NCBI GenBank assembly: GCA_031553315.1
Contig: JAVBLT010000001.1
Coordinates: forward strand, 4,139-68,138
Origin: Kiritimatiellia bacterium
Lineage (GTDB): Bacteria > Verrucomicrobiota > Kiritimatiellia > RFP12 > DVOR01
Reading direction: 5' to 3'
Length of the DNA stretch: 64,000 bases
Shown: piece by piece, positions 29,553 to 39,420 of the stretch
How positions within the stretch are numbered: position 1 is the stretch's first letter
Layout of the letters: each line of letters begins with the position of its first letter
The notes under the pieces: model-generated
Told to the model about the DNA's origin: nothing
The model's database searches: none
What the model saw: only the letters and a program-made list of their open reading frames with translations
Position numbers and translations under genes: made by a program

Positions 29553-30656
29553 TAGAGCAACTTTCTATTGAAATGTCCTTGCCTGGCATGATCTGAACCA
29601 CCCTTCTGTATCAAGACTTGTAACCCTTGAAATCGCCTCCGTAATGGCATCAGACAAGAGCTCTTGTGTTCGTGCGGCCAAACCGCGTAACGTTGTTTTG
29701 ACCTTGCTCCACATCTTTTCAATCGGGTTGAAATCAGGACTGTAAGGCGCAAGAAAGAGAACACGGGCACCACAATTTTCAATGATCACTCTGGCTTGAG
29801 GATCAAGGAGTGTGCTGAGATCGTCCATCACAACGACATCGCCCGGGCGCAGTTTGGGCGACAAAACGTACTCAACACAGGCGCGAAACGCGGCTCCATT
29901 CATGGCTCCCGGCAATTCCATCACCGCCGTTGAACCATCCAGCCAGACGGCGCCAATGAGCGTGGTCGTACACCCATGCCCGTGCGGCGCGTGGGCAAAG
30001 AGGCGTTCGCCGCCGTAAGCCCATCCGCGCAAACGGGTCATGTTGGTTTTCGCACCGGATTCATCGATAAAAATCAGGTGTTCGGGATCGAGCGTTTGGA
30101 GTAATTGGAGCCACAGGAGCGCGCCGGTCGAATCGAAACACCAATCCGCCACTTCCCACGGCAGCCACAGCGAGAGGCGCACCCGGTCGCCGAGGGCTTG
30201 GCGCTGGGCAAGGGTGCGCTGCACGGGCCGCCCGGTCTCGGGGTCAACGGCGGCGGCGCACCGGTCGGCCTGAACCCAGAGCCACTGGCACGCGGTGAGC
30301 GTTTCCGACACATCGAGCCAGAAATCGGCAATGCTTTTGCCGGTGCCCGTGCAGTCGGCCTCAAACGCGGGGTCGATGCCCGCGCGCTCGATCTCGCGGC
30401 TGAACAGATACTGATTGATTTTGGCGGCCACGCGACCCGCGTCGTTGACCACCGCCGCGCGGTTGCGGCGGCCGGTGCACCCCGAGGCGGCGAAAGGGCG
30501 GTTGCCCGTCCACGACGCCTCGCTTTCATTGGGCGCCCTCCACAGGCGGGCGTCTACATACGCCCTGCCGCCGTGCAGCGCCAAAACGTTCAAGACAAGC
30601 TGATCCTTGCGCCCGGCCAGAATCCGGTGCCGCCGCTTCGCGATGATTCCCTGCAT
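29553..30656 (-). mobile_element. IS630-family insertion sequence (one recognisable end at 29553; the other end not identifiable)
   Basis: terminal sequence TAGAGCAACTTTCTATTGAAATG at 29553 shares the TIR core of the five MITE copies; contains the transposase ORF below. Confidence 0.6.
29565..30656 (-). CDS. IS630/Tc1-mariner family DDE transposase
   Basis: 363 aa; IFIDESG (first D) and APYSPDFNPIEKMWSKVK (the classic IS630 D-34-E region). Confidence 0.85.
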   Translation of the reverse strand: MQGIIAKRRHRILAGRKDQLVLNVLALHGGRAYVDARLWRAPNESEASWTGNRPFAASGCTGRRNRAAVVNDAGRVAAKINQYLFSREIERAGIDPAFEADCTGTGKSIADFWLDVSETLTACQWLWVQADRCAAAVDPETGRPVQRTLAQRQALGDRVRLSLWLPWEVADWCFDSTGALLWLQLLQTLDPEHLIFIDESGAKTNMTRLRGWAYGGERLFAHAPHGHGCTTTLIGAVWLDGSTAVMELPGAMNGAAFRACVEYVLSPKLRPGDVVVMDDLSTLLDPQARVIIENCGARVLFLAPYSPDFNPIEKMWSKVKTTLRGLAARTQELLSDAITEAISRVTSLDTEGWFRSCQARTFQ

Positions 30657-30658
30657 GG

Positions 30659-31183
30659 TTACCCTTTCACAATCCGTTCGATCATCTTTTCAAAGTCTTC
30701 GGTGATTTTTTTTTCGCTGTCGGCCAGTGCCCGCTCGATGAATTTATGGTCGGCGCGGTCGCCCTTCGCCCGCGTGCCGGGGCCGCGTTTGCGCCAACTG
30801 GTACCCTTTTCATTGTGGATTTTCGCGGCGTATTTGCCCGCCTCGCTGTTGGCGGCCACAAAAACCTCGGCCTCAAGGCTGGGATACACCTTCTGTTCGA
30901 TGCTCCGCTCAAGACCTCGGGGTTTGGCGCGGCTTGTGGCGCGGTTGTTGCGCTTACCTTTGCGCTTGGTTTTTTTGAGAGCGTTTTTCTGTGCCTGCGT
31001 GGGGCTTCGGGGGGCGTTGCGCCGCGCCTCGCGCTGCACGAGCAGAGCGGCTTTCGCAAGTTGATCATTGACCCTTTCGAGCAATTTCTTGCCCTTGAAG
31101 CCCAATTGCGCGACCAATAAGCCGACGTCTAAACCTGTGGTGTAAATCTCCATGCCATTGGCCACGGTGTCAACCCGGGGCAC
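30659..31183 (-). CDS. phage-related protein, possibly an HK97-gp10-like head-tail connector (weak)
   Basis: 174 aa, Lys/Arg-rich middle; stop codon lies 2 nt from the transposase start; lies in the phage-remnant island. Confidence 0.35.
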   Translation of the reverse strand: MPRVDTVANGMEIYTTGLDVGLLVAQLGFKGKKLLERVNDQLAKAALLVQREARRNAPRSPTQAQKNALKKTKRKGKRNNRATSRAKPRGLERSIEQKVYPSLEAEVFVAANSEAGKYAAKIHNEKGTSWRKRGPGTRAKGDRADHKFIERALADSEKKITEDFEKMIERIVKG

Positions 31184-31198
31184 AAAAAAGCCGCCCGG

Positions 31199-31465
31199 TC
31201 AGGGGCGGCGGTTGAGGCGTGCGAGGCGTGATTGCTTCGGGTCGAAACCGATGAGATTCCATCGCTTCTTTTTTGGGTCGTACTCATACTCGGCGTCTTT
31301 TTCAACAAATTCTTTGATGCGCGCCTCGGTTACAGTCATATCAAGGTCGGGCTCATTTGCGAATCTCGCCATGCCGATAGCTTTATGAATGGCGAATGCC
31401 CGCGCGGGGTGGCGCCCCGTTCCGGCGGGAAGGGTACCCCAATCCTCTTTGTAAAGCCCGACCAT
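31199..31465 (-). CDS. small hypothetical protein immediately downstream of the MuF C-terminal module (candidate immunity protein); start uncertain (31465 ATG or 31582 TTG)
   Basis: 88-127 aa; lies in the same low-GC (~45%) segment as the MuF C-terminal domain; no motif. Confidence 0.3.
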   Translation of the reverse strand: MVGLYKEDWGTLPAGTGRHPARAFAIHKAIGMARFANEPDLDMTVTEARIKEFVEKDAEYEYDPKKKRWNLIGFDPKQSRLARLNRRP

Positions 31466-31529
31466 CTCATCGAAGTCGGCGTCTGTGTAGCCCAAATCCG
31501 GGCGAAAATCATAAATTAAATGCACGGAG

Positions 31530-32816
31530 TTACTCCTCTTTGTGGCGAAGCACCTTATACGACATTCCTGTTTCTTTTGCAACTCTTTTCCAAATCATAT
31601 TTCCTTCCAATATGTCACGTTCGGCTCTGGTTATCCGTTCGCTTGCCATTCGTTTGGAAAGGATTTCATTCACTTCTCTTTCCGCCTTCAAGTAGGATCT
31701 TGTGATGTCGTTTTCGTGTGGCCATTTTCCCTCACGGGTCATTACATAGTCGCGGCGAGGCGAAACCGCGCGAATCGAGCGCATGTTGCCATCTGCCGCC
31801 GTCACCACGTCCGCAAAGGAAAGACTGGTTCCGTATCCCATAAACTGCCCGGGGTGGTTGTGAACCATCGTCGCATCAACAAGTTTTCCAAACCACTCTT
31901 TTGGAAGTTTCCCGCCGTTTACGCCACTGCGCTTCCGGTCGAAAAGCATATTGCCGTTGGAATCCATCGCACTGAAATACTCGCACCCCTTCGATTTCAT
32001 GTAGTCGCGCTCACTGGCAATTTTAGCCTTCAGTTCCGGGCTTTCGATACGGTCTTCGGCGCGTTGCTTTTCAATTTGCTTCGCTTCCTCTTTTTCGAGT
32101 TTTTCACCGTATTTTCGCCCCTCCGCCGCCGCGCGTTCCCGTGCCTTTTCGAGTCGCGTTTCTTTTCGGTCATCTTCGCGCTGTTTTACGCGTTCCTTCG
32201 CTCCTGCTATTTTTTCTTTTCTCGCCGCTTCCCGCGCCTTCTTCGCTTCGCGCTCGGGGTCTTCGCCGCGGGCTCGCCCCGCCGCCGCCTTGAGGCCGCC
32301 GACAACCTCCTCGGCTCCGGCGCCGCGTTCCACGCGTAAAACGCCGCCCCTGCTACTCATGCGGAAGCCCGGCTGTTCGCCCTTCTTGGCATACTGGATG
32401 CGCGGCAGCTCGCCCTTGTAAAACGTATCAAGGTCTTCGGGCTTGGCCGATGCCGCCGCTTCCTTCGCAATGGCGCTGTCGAAAAGACCGTGGCGCACGG
32501 CGGTTTCGACTTCATCGCGGGCGGTCTGGCGCTCGGCATCTTGCCGCGAAAGCCCCCCCTCCTCCATGTGGCGCCGCGTGGTCAATTCGCGTTGGCGGCG
32601 GTGCATGGCCTCTTCATCGGCCATCTCATCGGCGGTCGGCTTGCCCAGCGCCGCCTGCCGCGCCATTTCGCCCGCTTCGCGCGGTTCGTCGATGTATTCC
32701 AGGCGATGGGTGCAGTTGGGGTGAAAGACTCCCGCCGCCTGCGCCTCGGCGTAGGTCGGGTAATCCTTCGATTTGCCCGCCACGCAGACGATTTGCCCCT
32801 CCCATGCGCCGCACAC
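31530..32816 (-). pseudogene. N-terminally truncated phage MuF/SPP1-gp7 family head morphogenesis protein with charged linker and divergent C-terminal domain
   Basis: begins (GTG) just before the MuF domain's terminal motif VFHPNCTHRLEY (hPNCRC-like); open frame upstream to 32990 lacks the rest of the domain; long E/K/R-rich linker; the last ~150 aa sit in a low-GC segment. Confidence 0.5.
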
Positions 32817-33021
32817 ATCGCAGGGGGAGCCGGAATCGGCGGAAATCAGCGCCAGTGAAATCTCGCTTTCAACGGGGGTGTCGATGTAGGCCTCGTTATG
32901 ACGAACTGCGGGGGCGGAAGGTTTTTTCTTTTTGGCTTGTCTTTCGGGCTCGGCGGGATTATTCTGTTCGCTTCCATTTTTGTATCATAGAGGCGTATTT
33001 TTTTATTGTTAGAGGCAGAAT

Positions 33022-35029
33022 TATGGCAACGATCACTCACGAGCAACTGGCGTTGGCGGCAAATACCCTGCGCTGTCTTTCCATCGATGCGGTTCAGGCG
33101 GCTAAATCCGGTCATCCCGGCATTGCCCTGGGCCTGGCCGATGTGGCGGCTGTGCTGTGGCTCAAATACCTGAAGGCCTGGTCGGGTCACTCCAAATGGC
33201 CCGACCGCGACCGTTTTGTGCTCTCCGGCGGTCACGGCAGCGCTTTGCTCTACAGCCTTCTGCACCTCTCGGGGTATCAGATTTCGATCGATGATCTCAA
33301 GCGCTTCCGTCAATTCGGCAGCAAAACCCCCGGCCACCCCGAATACGGCTACACCGATGGCGTGGAAACCACCACCGGCCCGCTCGGCCAGGGCATCGCC
33401 AACGGTGTGGGCATGGCCGTCGCCGAGCGTATGCTGGCGGTGCGTTTCAACTGCGAGGCGCGCACGGTGGTCGACCACCGCACCTGGGTCTTTTGCGGCG
33501 ACGGCGACATGATGGAGGGCATCAGCCACGAAGCCTGTTCCATGGCCGGTCACCTCGGGCTTGAAAAGCTTGTGATGTTTTACGATTCGAACAACATCAC
33601 CATCGAAGGCAAGGTCGACCTTGCCATGACCGATGATACCGCCAAGCGTTTCCAGGCCTACGGCTGGCATGTGCTCGCCTGCAACGGCCATGATTTCGAC
33701 GACATCGACAAAACCATCCGCAAGGCCACCCGCCTCACCGGCAAGCCCGTCCTCATCATTTGCACGACGACCATCGGCAAAGGCTCCCCCAACAAGGCCA
33801 ATTCCGAGGAAAGCCACGGAGCGCCTTTGGGCGAAGACGAAGTGCGCCTCACCAAAACCGCCCTCGGCTGCGACCCCGACCTGCATTTCCACGCCCCCGA
33901 TTCCGTCTACGATCTCTTCCAGGCCCGCCAGGACGAAGTCAAAAAAACTTACGGTCGCTGGAACCGCATGCAGAAGGCCTGGGCCAAGGAAGACAAAACC
34001 TCCTTCGAGCTTTGGCGCGCGTATAATGAAGACGTTATTCCCGACCTGAGCGGCGTGATGCCCTCTTTCGACCCCGCCAAACCCGTCGCCACCCGCTCCG
34101 CCTCCGGGGCCGTGCTCAACGCCATCGCCCCGCTTGTGCCTCAGCTCGTGGGCGGTTCCGCCGATCTGGGCTCCAGCAACATGACTGTGCTCAAAGGCCT
34201 GGGCGACATCACCGCCGGCGCCTTCGAAGGGCGCAACTTCCACTTCGGCGTGCGCGAGCTGGGCATGGCCGGCGTGATGAACGGCATCGCCATCCACGGC
34301 GGTCTGCGCGTCTACGGCGCCACCTTTTTCGTGTTCAGCGACTACTGCCGCCCCGCCATGCGCATCGCCGCGCTCATGGGCGCTCCCGTGGTCTATGTGT
34401 TCTCGCACGACAGCTTCTATGTGGGCGAAGACGGCCCCACTCACGAACCCGTGGAGCAGCTCGCGGCGCTTCGGATGATGCCCGGCATGACCGTGATCCG
34501 CCCGGCCGACGCCACCGAAACCGTCGCCGCCTGGAACGTGGCCCTCAACCACAAGCACGGCCCCGTGGCTCTCCTGCTCACCCGCCAGAACGTGCCTGTG
34601 CTCGACCGCGCCGTTTACCCCGCGGCCGAAAACCTCGCCAGGGGCGCCTACACCCTCTGGCAGACCCGCCCGGAAGAGACGCCGGAAATGATCATCATCG
34701 CCACCGGATCCGAGGTGGAAATCGCCCTCGAAGCCGCCAAGGCCTTCACGCACCGCAATGTCCGCGTCGTCAGCATGCCCTCGTGGGAACTGTTCGACGA
34801 ACAGCCCAAAGCGTACCGCGATTCCGTGCTCGACCCCGCCTGCGCCAAGCGCATGGCCGTGGAAGCCGGTTCCTCCTTCGGCTGGCAGAAATACATCGGG
34901 TGCGACGGCGCCACCGTCTGCCTCGACACCTTCGGCGCCTCCGGCCCCTTCAAAGTGCTCGCCACGCAATTCGGTTTCACCGCCGAAAACGTGCTCATGG
35001 TCGCCCGCACTCACATGATCGCCAAGTAA
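33022..35029 (+). CDS. tkt: transketolase
   Basis: 669 aa; N-terminus EQLALAANTLRCLSIDAVQAAKSGHPGIALGLADVAAVLW and the GDGDMMEG TPP-binding motif. Confidence 0.9.
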
Positions 35030-35043
35030 CCCCAGGATTTTCC

Positions 35044-36525
35044 ATGACCGAAGAACCCACCCTCGAAACCGCTCCCACCCAGGCCGAGCTCAACGAATAC
35101 CGCGCCAACCGCCTCGCGAACCGCGATGCTCTCGCCGCCCTCGGCTACAAGCCCTACGGCCGCGCCTTCGCCCGCACCGGCAACCTCGCCGAAATCCGCG
35201 CGGCCTTCGCCGAAGGCCTCGAAGTGAGAGCCGCGGGGCGCATCACCACCGTCCGCCGCATGGGCAAAGCGCTCTTCATGGACATCAACGACGGCTCGGA
35301 TCGCTTCCAGCTTTTCATCAAGAAAGACGGCGTGGGCGAAGCCGCTTTCGAAGCCACCAAACACCTCGATCTGGGCGACTTCATCGGCGTGGCGGGTTCC
35401 CTCTTCACCACCAAGACCGGCGAACCCAGCGTCAACGTGGCTTCGTGGGACCTCCTTGCCAAAGCCGTGATGCAGCCCCCCGGCAAGTGGCACGGTTTGC
35501 AGGATATTGAAGACCGCTACCGCAAGCGCTACCTCGACCTCATGAGCAACCCCGAATCGCGCGAGCGCTTCAACAAGCGCCACAAGATTCTCCTCGAAAT
35601 CCGCAACTACCTCACCAGCCGCGGCTTCGTCGAAGTGGAAACTCCGATGATGCAGATTCAGGCCGGCGGCGCTGCGGCCAAGCCCTTCATCACCCACCAC
35701 AATGCGCTCGACACCGAAATGTACATGCGCATCGCCCCCGAGCTCTACCTCAAGCGCCTGCTCGTGGGCGGGTTCGACAAAATCTTCGAGCTGGGCAAAG
35801 ACTTCCGCAACGAAGGCATCGACCGCACCCACAACCCCGAGTTCACCGTCCTTGAAATCTACGAGGCGTATGGCGACCGCACCTCCATGAAGAACATCAT
35901 TGAGGGCCTCCTTCCGTACCTCTGTGAAAAGGTGCTCGGCGGCATGACCGTGGCATTCGGCGAGCAGAAAGAGCTGATCGATTTCACCCCCCCTTACCGC
36001 GAAGCGGCGTACTGCGACCTCGTGAAGGAACGCATGGGCGCCGACTGGTTCTCCCTGCCTTACGAAACCATGCGCGAAAAAGCCCTCGCCGAAGGCCTCG
36101 CGCTCGACAAGGAGGTCGACAGCGCTCTCCTCGTTACCCATGAAATCTACGATAAGCTCATTGAGAAAACCCTGCGCCAGCCGACCTTCGTCACCCGCGT
36201 GCCGCGCCAGTTCGTGCCGCTGGCCAAAGCGTGCGAAGACGATCCCGATCTGGTCGACGTGTTTGAATTCGTGGTGGGCGGCAAGGAGCTGTGCCCCGGC
36301 TACACCGAGCAGAACGACCCCGACGCCCAGCGCGCCGCCCTCGCCGACCAGGCCAATGAGGATCCCGAGAAGATGGATGAGGATTTCATCCTCGCCCTCG
36401 AGCACGGCATGCCCCCCACCGGCGGCCTCGGGATGGGCATCGACCGCCTCGTGATGTTTCTGACCAACACCGAGGTCATCCGCGACGTGATCCTCTTCCC
36501 GCAGATGAAAAACGCCGGAAAATAA
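35044..36525 (+). CDS. lysS: lysyl-tRNA synthetase (class II)
   Basis: 493 aa; OB-fold N-terminus, class II motifs 1-3 (FRNEGID, GGLGMGIDRLVMFLT). Confidence 0.9.
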   Translation: MTEEPTLETAPTQAELNEYRANRLANRDALAALGYKPYGRAFARTGNLAEIRAAFAEGLEVRAAGRITTVRRMGKALFMDINDGSDRFQLFIKKDGVGEAAFEATKHLDLGDFIGVAGSLFTTKTGEPSVNVASWDLLAKAVMQPPGKWHGLQDIEDRYRKRYLDLMSNPESRERFNKRHKILLEIRNYLTSRGFVEVETPMMQIQAGGAAAKPFITHHNALDTEMYMRIAPELYLKRLLVGGFDKIFELGKDFRNEGIDRTHNPEFTVLEIYEAYGDRTSMKNIIEGLLPYLCEKVLGGMTVAFGEQKELIDFTPPYREAAYCDLVKERMGADWFSLPYETMREKALAEGLALDKEVDSALLVTHEIYDKLIEKTLRQPTFVTRVPRQFVPLAKACEDDPDLVDVFEFVVGGKELCPGYTEQNDPDAQRAALADQANEDPEKMDEDFILALEHGMPPTGGLGMGIDRLVMFLTNTEVIRDVILFPQMKNAGK

Positions 36526-36534
36526 GACAACGAA

Positions 36535-36562
36535 GGGCGCGGCAAACGTCGCGCCTTTTTTG
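36535..36562 (+). terminator. intrinsic terminator after lysS
   Basis: GGGCGCGG-caaacgt-CGCGCC followed by TTTTTT. Confidence 0.5.
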
Positions 36563-36645
36563 TGCCGAATTATTTCCTTGCGGCAAATGGGAAATCACGG
36601 GTAAAATGACCCTGTTTTTTAAAAGTCAGAAATAGGGAGATTTTT

Positions 36646-37920
36646 ATGACAGTCGCCGAATTTTTCGCCGTCAACGGGTTTTCAACGGGCGCCGAGTGCG
36701 AACAGCAGATGCTGGCCGACTTTTTCCGCGAGATGGACGCGGGGCTTGCCGGCGCCCCCTCGACCCTGCGGATGATCCCCTCCTACGTCTCGCCCGGCAA
36801 GGCGCTGCCGCTCAATACGCCCGTGCCCGTGCTCGATGCGGGCGGCACCAACCTGCGCGCGGCGATTGTGGAATTCGATTCCTCCGGCAAGCCCGCCATC
36901 AGCAACTTCACCAAAACCTCCATGCCCGGCACGCTGAGCCCTGTGGACAACGAGGCTTTTTACAATGCCCTCGCCGATGTGCTCGCGCCGGTGATTCAGC
37001 CCGGCCAGACCTTCGGCTTCTGTTTTTCGTACTCGGCCGACGTGACCCCCGAAAGCGACGCGCGCCTCTACAAGTGGTCCAAAAACATTCAGGCGCCCGG
37101 CATCGAGGGGCGGCTTGTGGGCAGCGACCTCTCCGCCTGCCTCGCCCGGCGCGGCATTCCCGGCACCCGCGCCGTGGTGTTGAACGACACGGTGGCCACG
37201 CTTCTCGCCGCCTCTTCCGAAAACATCTCCGACTGCATCGCCTGCGTGGGCTTCATTCTCGGCACCGGCACCAACACCGCGTATTTCGAAAGCAACGCCG
37301 CCATTGCCAAGCTCCCCGCGCTCGACCCCGCCGGGCTGACGGCGATCAACTGCGAATCGGGCGCGTTTGGCTGTGTGGCGCAAAGCGCCTTCGACCGCGA
37401 AACCGATCGCCTGACCCTTGACCCCGGCCGCTACCAGCTTGAGAAGACAATGGCCGGCGCTCACATGGGCGCGCTGGGCACGGTGATCCTCCGCCGCGCC
37501 GCCGAGGCGGGCCTCTTCTCGGATGCCGCCGCCAAAGCCATTCTTGAGCACGCACCTTATACCAACATCGCGCTTGATTGTTTCTGCGCCAACCCTTCCG
37601 GGAGCCTCTTCGCCGGAACGGCCGGAGATTTCGCCGCCGCGGCGGATCTGATCCGACCGATCTACATCCGGGCGGCCCATTTTGCCGCCGTCAACATGAC
37701 CGCCGCGACACTCCGCGCCGCCCGGGCCGCCGGAAAGAAGGGCACGGTCTGCATCAATGTGGATGGTTCCACGTTTTACAAGACCCAGGCGATTCCCTTC
37801 CGCGCCACGGTCGAGGACCACATGAAACGCCTGCTGGCGCCTTACGGCCTCAGCTACCGCATCATCCATGTCGCCGACGCTCCCATGCTCGGCGCGGCTG
37901 TGGCCGCTCTGACCCGCTGA
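36646..37920 (+). CDS. hexokinase (eukaryote-type hexokinase family)
   Basis: 424 aa; LRMIPSYV, LDAGGTNLRAAIVEF (phosphate-1), GQTFGFCFSY (hexokinase signature LGFTFSFP-like), VLNDTVATLLAAS. Confidence 0.7.
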   Translation: MTVAEFFAVNGFSTGAECEQQMLADFFREMDAGLAGAPSTLRMIPSYVSPGKALPLNTPVPVLDAGGTNLRAAIVEFDSSGKPAISNFTKTSMPGTLSPVDNEAFYNALADVLAPVIQPGQTFGFCFSYSADVTPESDARLYKWSKNIQAPGIEGRLVGSDLSACLARRGIPGTRAVVLNDTVATLLAASSENISDCIACVGFILGTGTNTAYFESNAAIAKLPALDPAGLTAINCESGAFGCVAQSAFDRETDRLTLDPGRYQLEKTMAGAHMGALGTVILRRAAEAGLFSDAAAKAILEHAPYTNIALDCFCANPSGSLFAGTAGDFAAAADLIRPIYIRAAHFAAVNMTAATLRAARAAGKKGTVCINVDGSTFYKTQAIPFRATVEDHMKRLLAPYGLSYRIIHVADAPMLGAAVAALTR

Positions 37921-37929
37921 AAGTAAACT

Positions 37930-39372
37930 ATGCAACACTCTGTTTCCAGGCAGCTCGCGACCGAGGATATCGGCCGGTTGCTCTGGCGGTTTTCCACGCC
38001 CGCCGTCATCGGCATGGCGGCCAACGCCCTTTACAACGTGATCGACCGCCTCTATGTGGGGCGGTGCGTGGGGCAGGCGGGGCTGGCGGGTTTCGCGCTG
38101 ACCTTTCCCCTGAGCATGATTCTGCTCGGGGTGGGGCTGCTCACGGGGGTGGGAACCGCCACGCTCGTTTCGCTCTACATGGGCAAGGGCAAGCGCCGCA
38201 TTGCCGAGTGCCTGCTGGGGCAGGCCGTGTTGATCTATGTGATTCTCTCGGCGGTTGTCTTTCCGTTGTGCGGGTGGTTCGTGGTGCCGATTTTGGGGGC
38301 TTTCGGCGGCACGCCCGATACCATTCCCTACGCAAAGAGCTACATGGAGATTATTTTTTACTGCTCCTTCGCCCAGTTTGCCGCCTTCGGCCTGAACCAC
38401 ACGATCCGGGCCGACGGTTTTCCGAAGAAGGCGCTCGTCACGCTGCTCATCGGCGCCGTGCTCAACGCGGTTCTCGATCCGTTTTTTATCTTTGCCGAAT
38501 TCACCCTCTTCGGCCTGCGCATGCCCTGCCTGAACCTGGGCGTTCGCGGCGCGGCGATTGCCACGGTGCTGTCGCAGTGCGTGAGCGCGGTGTGGGTGCT
38601 TTCGCACTTTTTGGGAAAAAGCGCCACGATTCGGCTCAAAGCGGGGTACATGAAATTTTACCCGTCGCTTTTCTTTCAGGTCGCGGGTGTGGGGATCGCG
38701 CCTTTTTTGCTCAACACCATGGGCAGCCTCATCCAGGCCGCCTACAACATTTCATTCCGCCATTACTCCGCCACCTTTGCCGAGGCGGAGATGAACATGG
38801 CCGCCTTCGGCATCATCATGACTGTGGGCGGGCTGATCGTGATGCCGGTGCTGGGGATCGCGCAGGGCATGCAGCCTATTGTGGGCTACAACTACGGCGC
38901 CCGCAATTACCGGCGCGCGCTCAAGGCGTTTTACAAGGCGATGCTTTTTTCCACCGTGTGGGTCACGGCGGGAATGCTTGGCGTTTTCCTGTGGAGCCGG
39001 CAGATTGTGGCTGTTTTCAGCAACGATGAGCTGGCCGCCGGGCTGATCGCCCACGCGCCTCACGCGATGAAGGTGGTCTACGGCATGTTTTTTCTTGTGG
39101 GCGCTTCGATTATCGTGGGGCAATTCTTCCAATCCACGGGGCGCGCGCTGATTTCGGTGTTTATGAGCCTGTCGCGCCAGGGTTTGATGCTTCTGCCGTT
39201 GATTCTGCTTCTGCCGCGCTTCTGGGGCGTGCCGGGGATCTGGTGGAGCGCGCCGGTTTCCGATCTCCTCGCGGCGGCGGTGGCGGCCTGGCTCTTCTTT
39301 CGCGAACGCGCGCGCCTCACGCGGCTGATTGCCGAAACCGCGCCGCTCAACCCTGCGGAGCGAAGAGAATAA
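37930..39372 (+). CDS. MATE-family efflux transporter
   Basis: 480 aa, 12 TM; the N-terminal lobe and a second repeat have MATE-like topology. Confidence 0.8.
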   Translation: MQHSVSRQLATEDIGRLLWRFSTPAVIGMAANALYNVIDRLYVGRCVGQAGLAGFALTFPLSMILLGVGLLTGVGTATLVSLYMGKGKRRIAECLLGQAVLIYVILSAVVFPLCGWFVVPILGAFGGTPDTIPYAKSYMEIIFYCSFAQFAAFGLNHTIRADGFPKKALVTLLIGAVLNAVLDPFFIFAEFTLFGLRMPCLNLGVRGAAIATVLSQCVSAVWVLSHFLGKSATIRLKAGYMKFYPSLFFQVAGVGIAPFLLNTMGSLIQAAYNISFRHYSATFAEAEMNMAAFGIIMTVGGLIVMPVLGIAQGMQPIVGYNYGARNYRRALKAFYKAMLFSTVWVTAGMLGVFLWSRQIVAVFSNDELAAGLIAHAPHAMKVVYGMFFLVGASIIVGQFFQSTGRALISVFMSLSRQGLMLLPLILLLPRFWGVPGIWWSAPVSDLLAAAVAAWLFFRERARLTRLIAETAPLNPAERRE

Positions 39373-39375
39373 AAA

Positions 39376-39406
39376 AAGACGCGCTTTTGGGGCGCGTCTT
39401 TTTTTG
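39376..39406. terminator. bidirectional intrinsic terminator between convergent MATE and glycosidase genes
   Basis: AAAAAAA-GACGCGC-ttttggg-GCGCGTC-TTTTTTT. Confidence 0.55.
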
Positions 39407-39420
39407 TTTTGATTTTTGCC

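Noticed and set aside
30657-30800. Second terminal inverted repeat of the IS630 element upstream of the transposase start
   Set aside because: No sequence resembling ...TCAAT.GAAA..TGCTCTA was found. The transposase ATG sits 2 nt from the stop of the neighbouring ORF, so the element is called one-ended or damaged.
32990-33021. Direct repeat of the tRNA-Thr 3' end marking the right island boundary
   Set aside because: Searched by eye for CCGGCTCCA-like sequence near the tkt junction and found none. The boundary is inferred only from gene truncation and composition.
32846-36405. 722-aa and 464-aa minus-strand ORFs over tkt and lysS
   Set aside because: Antisense shadows of genes with strong homology.
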